A stretch of 64,000 nt of DNA. Origin: an uncultured Verrucomicrobia subdivision 3 bacterium. GTDB lineage: Bacteria; Verrucomicrobiota; Verrucomicrobiia; Limisphaerales; UBA11358. Numbering within the stretch: the stretch's first letter is position 1; every line of letters starts with the position of its first letter. The translations under genes and the position numbers were made by a program. Location: the NCBI GenBank assembly GCA_903850425.1, contig CAINLR010000183.1, forward strand, positions 32,752-96,751, read 5' to 3'. The notes beneath the pieces are model-generated. The model saw only the letters and a program-made list of their open reading frames with translations, was not told where the DNA came from and did not search any database. Below, one piece after another: positions 1 through 8,235 of the stretch.

Positions 1-976
1 TCTGCCGAACATGACCTATGATTTTGCCCAGGCCATCCTCGACTGGCGCGGCACCAACGGACAAGTTTCGCTCGATTATACTTCACTCGGTTATTTGCCG
101 AAGAACGCGCCGTTTGAAACCGTGGATGAACTGCGGCTCGTCTATGGCGCCGATGTGGGTTTTCTTGCCGGCGAGGATGTGAACCGCAACGGCGTGCTGG
201 ATGCCAGCGAGAAGGATCTGAACGCCAACGGCGAGCTGGACCCCGGCCTGCTGGGCTATGTGACCGTCTATACGCGCGAACCGAATTTTCATTCCGACGG
301 CGGGTCATTGACCAACGTGAACACGATCCGAAATCAGACTGGTTTTTTGACGTTGTTTCAAAACGACGGCGTCAGCAGTCCGTCCTCACGCGCCGAGGCC
401 ATTTTCCTTTACACCCATCCCCGGGGCAACACCACGCCGCAGAACCAGGTGCGCACGTTCACCAGCATCTTGGATTTTGCGGTGCGCTGCCGCAGCGCCG
501 GCATGTCGGCGGATGATTACGCCAAGATTTCCGCCGACGTGACCATCAGCACCAACAGTTATTTCCGCGGCCGGGTGAACATCAACACCGCCAGCGGCGA
601 CGTGCTGACGGCGCTGTTCGAGGGTTTGACCAACGACGAGCAAACCTCGATTGCGGCGACGCAATCGCTGCTCAATTACCGCGAGCAAAATCCCAACAAT
701 CTGGGCTCGATCGTCTGGATCTATGATGCGCTGGGCAACAACAATGCGGTGCTGACCGCGTTGCGGCGGGGCGATTACATTACGACTCGCAGCTTTCAAT
801 TCACCGCCGACATTGCCGCCGTGGGCGCTTACGGTCGCGGCTATCGCCGGGTGAAATTCATTTTCGACATCAGCGACGGCACGCCGAAGATTCTTTATCG
901 CCAGGACTTGAGCCGGCTCGGCTGGGCCATCGGCGAAAAGGCGCGGCAAACCCTGGTCGCGAACAATACGCAATGA
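1..976 (+). CDS. gspK: Type II secretion minor pseudopilin GspK-like protein, 5' partial (frame open to window edge)
   Basis: The frame is open from nt 2, and listed ORF 11-976 lacks an N-terminal prepilin/TM segment. It has the GspK-type helix-hairpin-helix motif GRVNINTASGDVLTALFEGL and an Asp/Asn-rich loop DVNRNGVLDASEKDLNANGELD. Its stop overlaps the next start (ATGA 973-976). Confidence 0.7.
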   Translation, partial: LPNMTYDFAQAILDWRGTNGQVSLDYTSLGYLPKNAPFETVDELRLVYGADVGFLAGEDVNRNGVLDASEKDLNANGELDPGLLGYVTVYTREPNFHSDGGSLTNVNTIRNQTGFLTLFQNDGVSSPSSRAEAIFLYTHPRGNTTPQNQVRTFTSILDFAVRCRSAGMSADDYAKISADVTISTNSYFRGRVNINTASGDVLTALFEGLTNDEQTSIAATQSLLNYREQNPNNLGSIVWIYDALGNNNAVLTALRRGDYITTRSFQFTADIAAVGAYGRGYRRVKFIFDISDGTPKILYRQDLSRLGWAIGEKARQTLVANNTQ

Positions 977-2430
977 AATCCGATTCCAAAATCAAGTCTG
1001 GGAGAACTAAAAAGCTGACCGCGGTGCTGGGGCTCGCGCTCGACGGCGACAAGCTCGACGGCGTGGTGCTCAAACGCATCAACGGCTCACTGCAACTGGC
1101 GCAAAGTTTTTCCGTGGCGCTGACGCTCGATCCGCTGACGGCGGCCCCGGAACTGGTGGGCCGCGAAATCCGCAACCAGTTGGACGCGGCGGGCGTGCGC
1201 GAACGCAACTGCGTGGTGGCCGTGCCGCTGAAATGGGCGCTGACGGCGCGCGCGGAATTGCCGCCGCTGCCGGACGCAGACGCCGCGAGCCTGCTGCAGC
1301 TCGAAGCTGAACGCGGATTTCCGTGCGATCCGGCGACGCTGAGGATTTCCGATTCGCGCAGCCCGTTGGCGGCGGACAAAAAAAATGTCCTGCTCGCGGG
1401 CATCCCGGCGACGCAGCTCGCCACGCTGGAACAAATTTTGGTGGCCGCGAAATTGAAGCCGGCCAGTTTTGGCCTCGGCATTTCGGCGCTGCAATCGCCG
1501 GCGGACACCAAGTCCAGCGGCGTGATCGCCTTCGTGATCGGCGAGAACCAGGTGTCCCTGCAAATCACTGCCGGTGGCGGAGTGGCGGCGCTGCGCGCGT
1601 TTGAAGGCGCGGTGGAAAACGAAAATGGCCGGCGCGCGCTGCACGCGGATCTGGTGGCGCGCGAAACCCGCATCACGCTCGGGCAGTTGCCGGCGGAACT
1701 GCGGGCGGCATTAAAACGCATCCGCATTTTTGGCCCGCGCGAACTGGCCACGCAATTGGCGGACGAGCTGGAATTGCGTTTTGAGCCGCAGGGGTTCACC
1801 GTCGAAGTGGTGGCAGCCTACGCGCCGGATGAATTTGGCGTGACGTTGCCGGTGGGCGCGTCGGTGTCGGCGGCGTTCAGCCTCGCGGCGCGGGCGCTGA
1901 CGGCGCAGCGGCCGGCCTTTGAGTTTCTGCCACCCAAGCCGACGCTGCTGGAATTGTTCGCCAAGCGTTATTCCTCCGGCCGTTTGCGCACTTCCGGCGC
2001 GATTGCGCTGGCAGTGGTGGCGCTGGTGGCCGGCTTGTTCCTGTTCCAGCAATTCCAATTGTGGCGCTTGCATTCGCAATGGTCGAAGATTTCCACGCGC
2101 GTCGGCGAGCTGCAGGCGATTCAAGATCATATCCGGGTCTATCGGCCGTGGTATGACGATACGTTCCGCAGCCTGACAATTTTGCGGCTGGTCACGCTGG
2201 CGTTTCCCGAAGACGGCGTGGTGACGGCGAAGAGCATTGATATCCGGTCGGGGGGCGCGGTGAGCTGCTCCGGCAATGCGCGGGATAACTCGGCGTTGCT
2301 GGCGATGCAGGCCCGGCTGCGCACGATGGCGGGCATCACGGATCTGCATTTCTCGCAGGTGCGCGGCAAGGCACCGATCCAGTTTACATTTGATTTCCAT
2401 TACGGAAACGGAGGCGGCCATGAAAATTAA
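973..2430 (+). CDS. GspL / fused PilM-PilN-like inner-membrane platform protein
   Basis: 485 aa with a GspL topology: about 320 aa soluble N-terminal domain, one TM (GAIALAVVALVAGLFLFQQF), then about 110 aa periplasmic domain. It lies between the gspK-like and GspM/PilO-like genes. The assignment rests on architecture and context, not on a strong motif. Confidence 0.5.
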   Translation: MKSDSKIKSGRTKKLTAVLGLALDGDKLDGVVLKRINGSLQLAQSFSVALTLDPLTAAPELVGREIRNQLDAAGVRERNCVVAVPLKWALTARAELPPLPDADAASLLQLEAERGFPCDPATLRISDSRSPLAADKKNVLLAGIPATQLATLEQILVAAKLKPASFGLGISALQSPADTKSSGVIAFVIGENQVSLQITAGGGVAALRAFEGAVENENGRRALHADLVARETRITLGQLPAELRAALKRIRIFGPRELATQLADELELRFEPQGFTVEVVAAYAPDEFGVTLPVGASVSAAFSLAARALTAQRPAFEFLPPKPTLLELFAKRYSSGRLRTSGAIALAVVALVAGLFLFQQFQLWRLHSQWSKISTRVGELQAIQDHIRVYRPWYDDTFRSLTILRLVTLAFPEDGVVTAKSIDIRSGGAVSCSGNARDNSALLAMQARLRTMAGITDLHFSQVRGKAPIQFTFDFHYGNGGGHEN

Positions 2431-2956
2431 AAACCGGCAGGATTTTCTTTTGGTGCTGACCATCGCCGCGTTCGCGCTGCTGGTCGGCGTGAACTTTGTC
2501 TGGGAGCCGCTGCAAGGCTGGTGGACGGCGCGCGCGGCGCAGGTCCGGGAGCTGCGCGCGAAGGTCAGCGAAGGCAACCAGTTGATCAAGCGGGAATCGG
2601 CCATTCGCAGCCGCTGGGACGGAATGCACGCGAATGCGCTGCCCGCCAACACCTCGCTGGCGGAGCAGCAATTGCTCACGGCCTTCACCACCTGGTCGCG
2701 GTCGAGTGGCGCGGAGATCACGGGCCTCATGCCGCAGTGGAAAAATGATTCGACGAATTACTGGACGCTTGATTGCCGCGTGGAGGCGGCGGGCGATCTC
2801 AGCGCGTTAAGCAAATTTCTTTACAGTGTGGAAAAAGGCCCGACGGCATTGAAGATTGACTCGCTGGAGTTGAGCGGGCGCGATGCCACCGGCCATGAGC
2901 TGACGCTGGCGCTGCAAATCAACGGACTGGCCTTGCTCCAGCCCAATCAAAAATGA
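2420..2956 (+). CDS. GspM / PilO-like bitopic assembly protein
   Basis: Start chosen at ATG 2420 (MKIKNRQDFLLVLTIAAFALLVGVNFV, a short N-terminus plus one TM), overlapping the upstream stop by 11 nt. The listed ORF start at 2276 lies inside the previous gene in another frame. Size and position are typical of GspM/PilO. Confidence 0.5.
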   Translation: MKIKNRQDFLLVLTIAAFALLVGVNFVWEPLQGWWTARAAQVRELRAKVSEGNQLIKRESAIRSRWDGMHANALPANTSLAEQQLLTAFTTWSRSSGAEITGLMPQWKNDSTNYWTLDCRVEAAGDLSALSKFLYSVEKGPTALKIDSLELSGRDATGHELTLALQINGLALLQPNQK

Positions 2957-3585
2957 ACTTCTCACTTACTAAAAAATGGTTCGTGCTCGGGCTCGCCTCG
3001 GCGAACACCTGGCTGGCCGCCGCGCAGTCGAATGAGGCGGCCGCGACGGATTACGCATCGTTCAGCCGGCTCATCGCCGACCGGAATATTTTCGACCCGA
3101 ACCGCTACGCACACTCGGTGCGCACGACGACGCGCAGCACTTACAAGCCCCGCACCCGCTCGACGGCGGCCCCGACTTTCTCCCTGGTCGGCACCATGAG
3201 CTATGAAAAGGGATTGTTTGCATTCTTCAGCGGGAACAGCGCGGAGTATAAAAAAATTCTCGTGCTGAACGAAGGCATCGCCGGCTATACGATGATCGAA
3301 ATTTCCGCGACCCAGGTGACGTTGGAAACGGCGGACAAGAAGCAGTTGGTGGTGCGGGTGGGCGACCTGCTGCGGCAGGAAGGCGGACGATGGGAATTGG
3401 CCGGTGCGGGCGAGGTGCCCACTGAACCGGCGGCCGTGGCCGCCGAACCGGCCCGGACGGGAACGGAAGAAGGGGCCGCTCCCGCAGCGGCGGAACCGGC
3501 CGGCAATCCGGCGGCCGCGAGCAGCGGCGCCGCCAGTGAAATTTTGAAACGACTCATGCAAAAACGAGAACAGGAATCCAAATGA
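2953..3585 (+). CDS. PilP / GspC-like periplasmic protein (secretin-interacting candidate)
   Basis: Signal/anchor MNFSLTKKWFVLGLASANTWLAAAQS. The beta-rich core FSLVGTMSYEKGLFAFFSGNSAEYKKILVLNEGIAGYTMIEISATQVTLE resembles the PilP/GspC HR-domain pattern. It has an Ala/Pro-rich tail and ATGA overlaps at both ends (2953-2956, 3582-3585). Confidence 0.4.
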   Translation: MNFSLTKKWFVLGLASANTWLAAAQSNEAAATDYASFSRLIADRNIFDPNRYAHSVRTTTRSTYKPRTRSTAAPTFSLVGTMSYEKGLFAFFSGNSAEYKKILVLNEGIAGYTMIEISATQVTLETADKKQLVVRVGDLLRQEGGRWELAGAGEVPTEPAAVAAEPARTGTEEGAAPAAAEPAGNPAAASSGAASEILKRLMQKREQESK

Positions 3586-5009
3586 AAACAGCCACCCAAT
3601 ATTTTATCGCGGCAATTTGTTTTGCCGGCCTCCTCGCCACCGCCGTTGCGCAACCGCAGCCCGATAACGGGCCGCAGCCGACGCCACCCTTGCCGCCACC
3701 GGCGGATGCGAGCAACCCGCCGGTCGTCACGCCCGATGCCCCGGACACCCCCGCCGCGCCGGACGCGGTAGCCGCCGCAGTGGCGGCCGTGCTGGCGGCC
3801 CAAGGCGAAACGCCCACGAACAATGCCCCCGGGGGCACGGTTATTTTACCGACCGAGGTGCTCGGCTCCAGCCGGGACGCCGTGAAATCGGAATTCGTGC
3901 CGCCGGTGACGGGCACCAATGTGAACGAGCTGCGGATGAATTTCCGCAACGCGCCGCTGGAAATGGTCCTGAATTATTTGAGCGACGCGGCGGGCTTCAT
4001 CATCGTGCTGGACACGCCGGTGCGCGGCAACGTGAGCGTCATCAGCAGCCATCCCATGACGCAGGCCGAGGCGGTGGACCTGCTGAATTCCGTCCTGAAC
4101 AAAAACGGCTATGCGGCGATCCAGGACGGGCGGACGCTGACGATTGTCAGCAAGGCCGACGCGAAAACGCGCGACATTCCGGTGAAGGTGGACAACGATC
4201 CGAAGAATATTCCGAAGAACGACGTCATCGTCACGCAGATCATTCCCATCCGGTTTGTTGATGCGGAGCAACTGATGAAGGATTTATCGCCGTTCGTTTC
4301 GTCGCAGGCGACGATCGTGGCGAACACCGCGGGCAACTCCATCCTCATCACCGACACGCAGGCGAACATCCGGCATCTGGCGGAAATCATCCGCGCGGTG
4401 GACAACAGCGCCGAGGCCGAGACGGAGATCCGGGTGTTTCCGCTCAAGCACGCCAATCCCACGGACGTGGCGGCCGAGTTGGCCAGCATTTTTCCGAGCA
4501 GCGGTTCCGGCTCCTCAGCGCAAGCCCCGACCCGTTTTAACGGCGGTTCTCGTGGCGGCAGCCCGTTTGGTGGCGGTGGCCCCGGTGGCATGTTTGCCGC
4601 CATGATGGGCGGCGGCAACAACAGCAGCAGCTCCAATGACCGCATCAAGAAGGCGACGCAAGTCACCGCCGTGGCCGACGCGCGCATTCAATCCGTCATC
4701 GTGAGTGCGCCGAAAGATTTGATGGAAGAGATCGCCGGCATGATGAAGGATCTGGACGTGGCTTCAGATCGCGATCAGGGCGTCTATGTGTTTCAGATGA
4801 AGAACGGCGATCCGCAGCAGGCGGTGCAGGTGCTGCAAAGCATGTTCCAGAGCAGCAGTTCTTCGCGCACCAGCACCAGTTCGTCGGATACCAGCGCACT
4901 CCAGACGCGGGTGAAGAACTCGACCACCTCGATGGGCACGACCTCCACCACCGGCATCGGCGGCAGCACCGGCGGTGGTGGCGGCGGCGGCGGCCGGCAG
5001 CAATTCTAA
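3582..5009 (+). CDS. Secretin N-domain protein (N0/N1-N3-like modules only, no pore domain)
   Basis: Signal peptide MKTATQYFIAAICFAGLLATAVA followed by a Pro-rich linker. Repeated alpha/beta modules are typical of GspD N-domains (ELRMNFRNAPLEMVLNYLSDAAGFIIVLD; IIPIRFVDAEQLMKDLSPFV; IRVFPLKHANPTDVAAELASIF; VYVFQMKNGDPQQAVQVLQSMF). It ends in a Ser/Thr/Gly-rich tail ...GGSTGGGGGGGGRQQF. Confidence 0.6.
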   Translation: MKTATQYFIAAICFAGLLATAVAQPQPDNGPQPTPPLPPPADASNPPVVTPDAPDTPAAPDAVAAAVAAVLAAQGETPTNNAPGGTVILPTEVLGSSRDAVKSEFVPPVTGTNVNELRMNFRNAPLEMVLNYLSDAAGFIIVLDTPVRGNVSVISSHPMTQAEAVDLLNSVLNKNGYAAIQDGRTLTIVSKADAKTRDIPVKVDNDPKNIPKNDVIVTQIIPIRFVDAEQLMKDLSPFVSSQATIVANTAGNSILITDTQANIRHLAEIIRAVDNSAEAETEIRVFPLKHANPTDVAAELASIFPSSGSGSSAQAPTRFNGGSRGGSPFGGGGPGGMFAAMMGGGNNSSSSNDRIKKATQVTAVADARIQSVIVSAPKDLMEEIAGMMKDLDVASDRDQGVYVFQMKNGDPQQAVQVLQSMFQSSSSSRTSTSSSDTSALQTRVKNSTTSMGTTSTTGIGGSTGGGGGGGGRQQF

Positions 5010-5027
5010 AACCTGAATAATTTTTCG

Positions 5028-6311
5028 ATGAAAAGGCAAACTATGAAAAACAACTATTTCAAAACCCGGCTCGGCGTTCTGCTGCTACTGTTATGCGCGG
5101 CGGTTCAACTGCCCGCGCAGCAACGTGGCGGCGGCGGCGGCTTTGGTGGCTTTGGCGGTTTCGGCGGTTTTGGCGGCGGCGGCTTTGGCGGCGGCAACCG
5201 CGGGAACAGTTCGACCACGGCGAGCTACAACAACAATGGCACCGTGGGTAGCGCGGTCATTTCCGTGGACCCGGTGACGCACAACATCATGGTCATCGCC
5301 GACAAGGAGACCAGCGAACAGATTCAGAAAGTGATCGAAAGTCTGGATACCGCATTGGCGCAGGTGCTCATCAAGGTCGTGTTCGTGGAAGTGCAGGACA
5401 ACAAGGCCTCCGCCATCGGGGTGCAGGGCAGCTACAACGGGGTCAACAACAACTTCTCTCAGTTGACCGGTTACGCGACCAATTTCGCCGCCGGCAGCGC
5501 CGCCGGCAGCCCCGGCATCGTCAACCCGGTTTATCAGAGTGTGAACGCCGGTAACAGCTTTGGCCTGCCGCAGGCTTTGGCAGGGGCAACGGGGAATGGC
5601 GGTATTTACCAGGTCCTGGGCAGTGACTTCACGGCGACCATCCAAGCCCTCGCCACCGCCGGCAAGGCGCAGGTGCTGTCGCGCCCATCCATTCTCGCGC
5701 GCGATGGCCAGATGGCGGAGATCGTCGTCGGCCAGAGCATTTATCTGCCCAGCGGCGTCACCTACAGCTCGGTTGGCAACAGCGCCGCCACCGTTCCGAG
5801 CATCAATGGCAGCTATCAAAACGTCGGCATCCAACTGGACGTCACGCCGTTCATCGGGGCGAACAGTCTGGTGCAAATGATTCTCCAGCCGCAAATCACT
5901 TCCATTGACAGCTCGACGCCCGGCCAGGTGATTGAAGGTGGCAGTTTGATCTCCTCCGCCGTCTATGCCCCCAACATTAACAAGCGTTCCGCGAATACAG
6001 TGGTCGTGACGCCGGATGGTCAACCGGTCGTCATCGGGGGGCTTATTTCCAGCCAAAAATCCGTCAATGACAGCAAGGTGCCGATTCTGGGTGACATCCC
6101 CCTGTTGGGCCAACTGTTCAAGTTCAGCGCCAAGTCGGCCGAGAAGAGCGAACTGCTGATATTCCTCACGCCCCACATTGTGCATATGCCTGCCCAACTC
6201 CCGGGCTTGACCGGGAAGGAAACCGATCAGGCGCAACTCATCACGAATTCCGTTTCCGAACGGGAACTGGATCGTTTTCTCGAACGCCTGCCAGTGAAGA
6301 AGGCCAAATAA
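5028..6311 (+). CDS. gspD: Secretin pore-domain protein (GspD/PilQ C-terminal domain) with its own signal peptide
   Basis: Signal peptide LGVLLLLLCAAVQLPAQQ, a Gly-Phe repeat, and one N3-like module (VISVDPVTHNIMVIADKETSEQIQKVIESL). The canonical secretin domain follows: VLSRPSILARDGQMAEIVVGQ ... KVPILGDIPLLGQLFKFSAKSAEKSELLIFLTPHIV. Confidence 0.8.
   Translation: MKRQTMKNNYFKTRLGVLLLLLCAAVQLPAQQRGGGGGFGGFGGFGGFGGGGFGGGNRGNSSTTASYNNNGTVGSAVISVDPVTHNIMVIADKETSEQIQKVIESLDTALAQVLIKVVFVEVQDNKASAIGVQGSYNGVNNNFSQLTGYATNFAAGSAAGSPGIVNPVYQSVNAGNSFGLPQALAGATGNGGIYQVLGSDFTATIQALATAGKAQVLSRPSILARDGQMAEIVVGQSIYLPSGVTYSSVGNSAATVPSINGSYQNVGIQLDVTPFIGANSLVQMILQPQITSIDSSTPGQVIEGGSLISSAVYAPNINKRSANTVVVTPDGQPVVIGGLISSQKSVNDSKVPILGDIPLLGQLFKFSAKSAEKSELLIFLTPHIVHMPAQLPGLTGKETDQAQLITNSVSERELDRFLERLPVKKAK
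5127..5195 (+). repeat. In-frame Gly / Gly-Phe coding microsatellite (imperfect 9-nt unit ggc-ttt-ggy)
   Basis: The DNA ggcggcggcggcggctttggtggctttggcggtttcggcggttttggcggcggcggctttggcggcggc encodes GGGGGFGGFGGFGGFGGGGFGGG immediately after the signal peptide of the pore-domain ORF. Confidence 0.85.
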
Positions 6312-6348
6312 ACCGTGGCGTTTTCCCCCGCCGCCCCGCACCGCGCCG

Positions 6349-7959
6349 ATGAAACCTGTCCGCCGAAGCCAGTTGATGTCCACGCTGCTGGTCAGCGCGT
6401 GGCTGGTGGTCGTGGTCTGGCAGGTGGAGGAGCATTTGCGCGTGGTGGAGGCGGCGCGTTCCGACCTGCGCAACCGCGCGCACGAGATCGCCAGCACCTT
6501 GAGCGCGGTCACGCGGGCGCTCCGGTTTCGCGGCGCGATTTTTCAGGAACGTCTCGAACCGGTCCTCAACGAACTCGTCAATAACCGCACCAACGCGCTC
6601 GTCCGAACGGGCGGTCTCAATGCGCTCGGCTTGTTGAACACGGATGGCGATCCCGTCGTCACCGCCGGCAACACCAATCTGCTCGCCCGGGAAATCCTCA
6701 CCCAACGCGAACGCTGGTCGGATCATTACGTCACCTTCGTGCTTCCGGTGGAGGGGGCGAGCGTCAGTCCCGAAGGTGCCACCAATCCCACCGTGGTCAT
6801 TCCGCCGTTCCCGCGCAACCTCACGAATGGTGGCGGGCCGCGTTCCCGCGATTTCCCCCGCCGCGAACCGCGCCCGGGTGAAACCAGCTTGCCCGGCACG
6901 AATGAATTTGCCGCGACGAATTATCCGCCCCCGCCGACCAACGGCGAAGCTGCCAGCGAACTGTCGCCTCCACCGCCGCCGCGTGATGATAACCGTCCGC
7001 CCGACGATCGCCCGCCCGACAGCGGTGACCGCTCGCGAGGTGGCAACCGGCGTCCGCCATGGATGCGCGGCATGTCCGACACCGAATTCAAGGCACTCAT
7101 CGCCAAGCGCGAGCTGCACGGCCTCGTCCTCGCCATGTCCACCGAGAATTACCGTGAACTTTGCCAGCACGACGTCTGGCTGCGCTGCATCATCGCCTTT
7201 TTCGCGGGCATCTCCGCGCTCGGTGCCGGCCTCGCGCTGAGCAACAACGCCCGCACTGCGGAACTTCAGATTCGCCTCGTGCGCGCCAGCGAACTCAATT
7301 CGCACCTCAAGGAATTGAACCTGGCCGCCGCCGGCCTCGCGCACGAGACGCGCAATCCGCTCAACATCATCCGCGGCCTCGCCCAGATGATTTCGCGCCA
7401 GCCCGCCGCACCCGCCGAAATCCGCGACCAGTCCAAGACCATCGTGGACCAGACTGACAAAGTCACCGCACAGCTCACCGAGTTCATTGACTACTCGCGG
7501 CCGCGCGAAGTCCGCCGCACCAATCTCAACCTCACCGCCGCCATCAACGAAGTCGTCCGCACTGTGAACTTTGACGTGGGCGAAAAGAAGCTTCGCGTGG
7601 ACACGCTGGGCGAAACGCTCACGATCCAAGCGGATGAACAACTGCTGCGGCAAGTATTGTTCAACCTGCTCTTCAACGCCATCCAGGCGGCGGACACCGG
7701 CGGGCACATTCAATTCATCGCCAAGCGCACCAGCGCCACCGAAGGCGAGCTGGAAATCCGCGACGACGGCCCCGGCGTGCCGCCTGAGAACCGGCAGGAA
7801 ATTTTCAAGCCCTACTTCACCACGCATCAAAAAGGCACCGGCCTCGGCCTCGCCGTGGTGCAACAGATCATCCTCGCGCACGGCTGGGAGATCGAATGCC
7901 GCGGCAACGAGCCGCGCGGTGCCGTCTTCCGCATCACGCATTTGAAGATTGGCGCGTGA
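6349..7959 (+). CDS. Membrane sensor histidine kinase
   Basis: TM1 is LMSTLLVSAWLVVVVWQV, followed by about 250 aa of extracytoplasmic region with a Pro/Arg-rich stretch, then TM2 CIIAFFAGISALGAGLAL. Kinase motifs are H-box LAHETRNPLNIIRG, N-box LLFNAIQA, and G-boxes RDDGPGVP and GTGLGLAVVQQI. Confidence 0.9.
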   Translation: MKPVRRSQLMSTLLVSAWLVVVVWQVEEHLRVVEAARSDLRNRAHEIASTLSAVTRALRFRGAIFQERLEPVLNELVNNRTNALVRTGGLNALGLLNTDGDPVVTAGNTNLLAREILTQRERWSDHYVTFVLPVEGASVSPEGATNPTVVIPPFPRNLTNGGGPRSRDFPRREPRPGETSLPGTNEFAATNYPPPPTNGEAASELSPPPPPRDDNRPPDDRPPDSGDRSRGGNRRPPWMRGMSDTEFKALIAKRELHGLVLAMSTENYRELCQHDVWLRCIIAFFAGISALGAGLALSNNARTAELQIRLVRASELNSHLKELNLAAAGLAHETRNPLNIIRGLAQMISRQPAAPAEIRDQSKTIVDQTDKVTAQLTEFIDYSRPREVRRTNLNLTAAINEVVRTVNFDVGEKKLRVDTLGETLTIQADEQLLRQVLFNLLFNAIQAADTGGHIQFIAKRTSATEGELEIRDDGPGVPPENRQEIFKPYFTTHQKGTGLGLAVVQQIILAHGWEIECRGNEPRGAVFRITHLKIGA

Positions 7960-8046
7960 GTTGGCGGCAGGCCGTTGCGCAGTTCGCCGAGCCAGTTCGA
8001 CCAGAGCGCTAGGCCGATCAACCGCTCTGGGACGAACCTCACATTC

Positions 8047-8235
8047 AACCCGAACTCCGAAGTGGAAATGGGAGCGCGCCCGCCTCGGGCGCAGTTTTTC
8101 GCGCCCGCGCGAAAAACCCGCGCGCACAGAAATGTTCCGAGGGTTCGTGGCAACGGCACGCGCCACCAACTGGCCGCGAGGGCGCGACCAGCGACGCCCG
8201 GGGCGGGCGTGCTCCCTAACTTCGGAGTTCGGGTT
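8047..8235. repeat. Long imperfect inverted repeat (MITE/REP-like or structured-RNA element)
   Basis: The 17-nt arm aacccgaactccgaagt (8047-8063) is perfectly complementary to acttcggagttcgggtt (8219-8235). Complementarity continues inward: gggagcgcgcccgcc (8070-8084) pairs with ggcgggcgtgctccc (8202-8216) at 14/15. An inner perfect hairpin is tttttcgcg/cgcgaaaaa (8095-8116). Confidence 0.75.

Noticed and set aside
5127-5195. Short tandem DNA repeats that might be mistaken for a CRISPR-like or VNTR non-coding array.
   Set aside because: The repeat unit is 9 nt and in frame, inside a well-supported secretin ORF. It simply encodes (GFG)n with no spacers. It is reported instead as a coding low-complexity feature.
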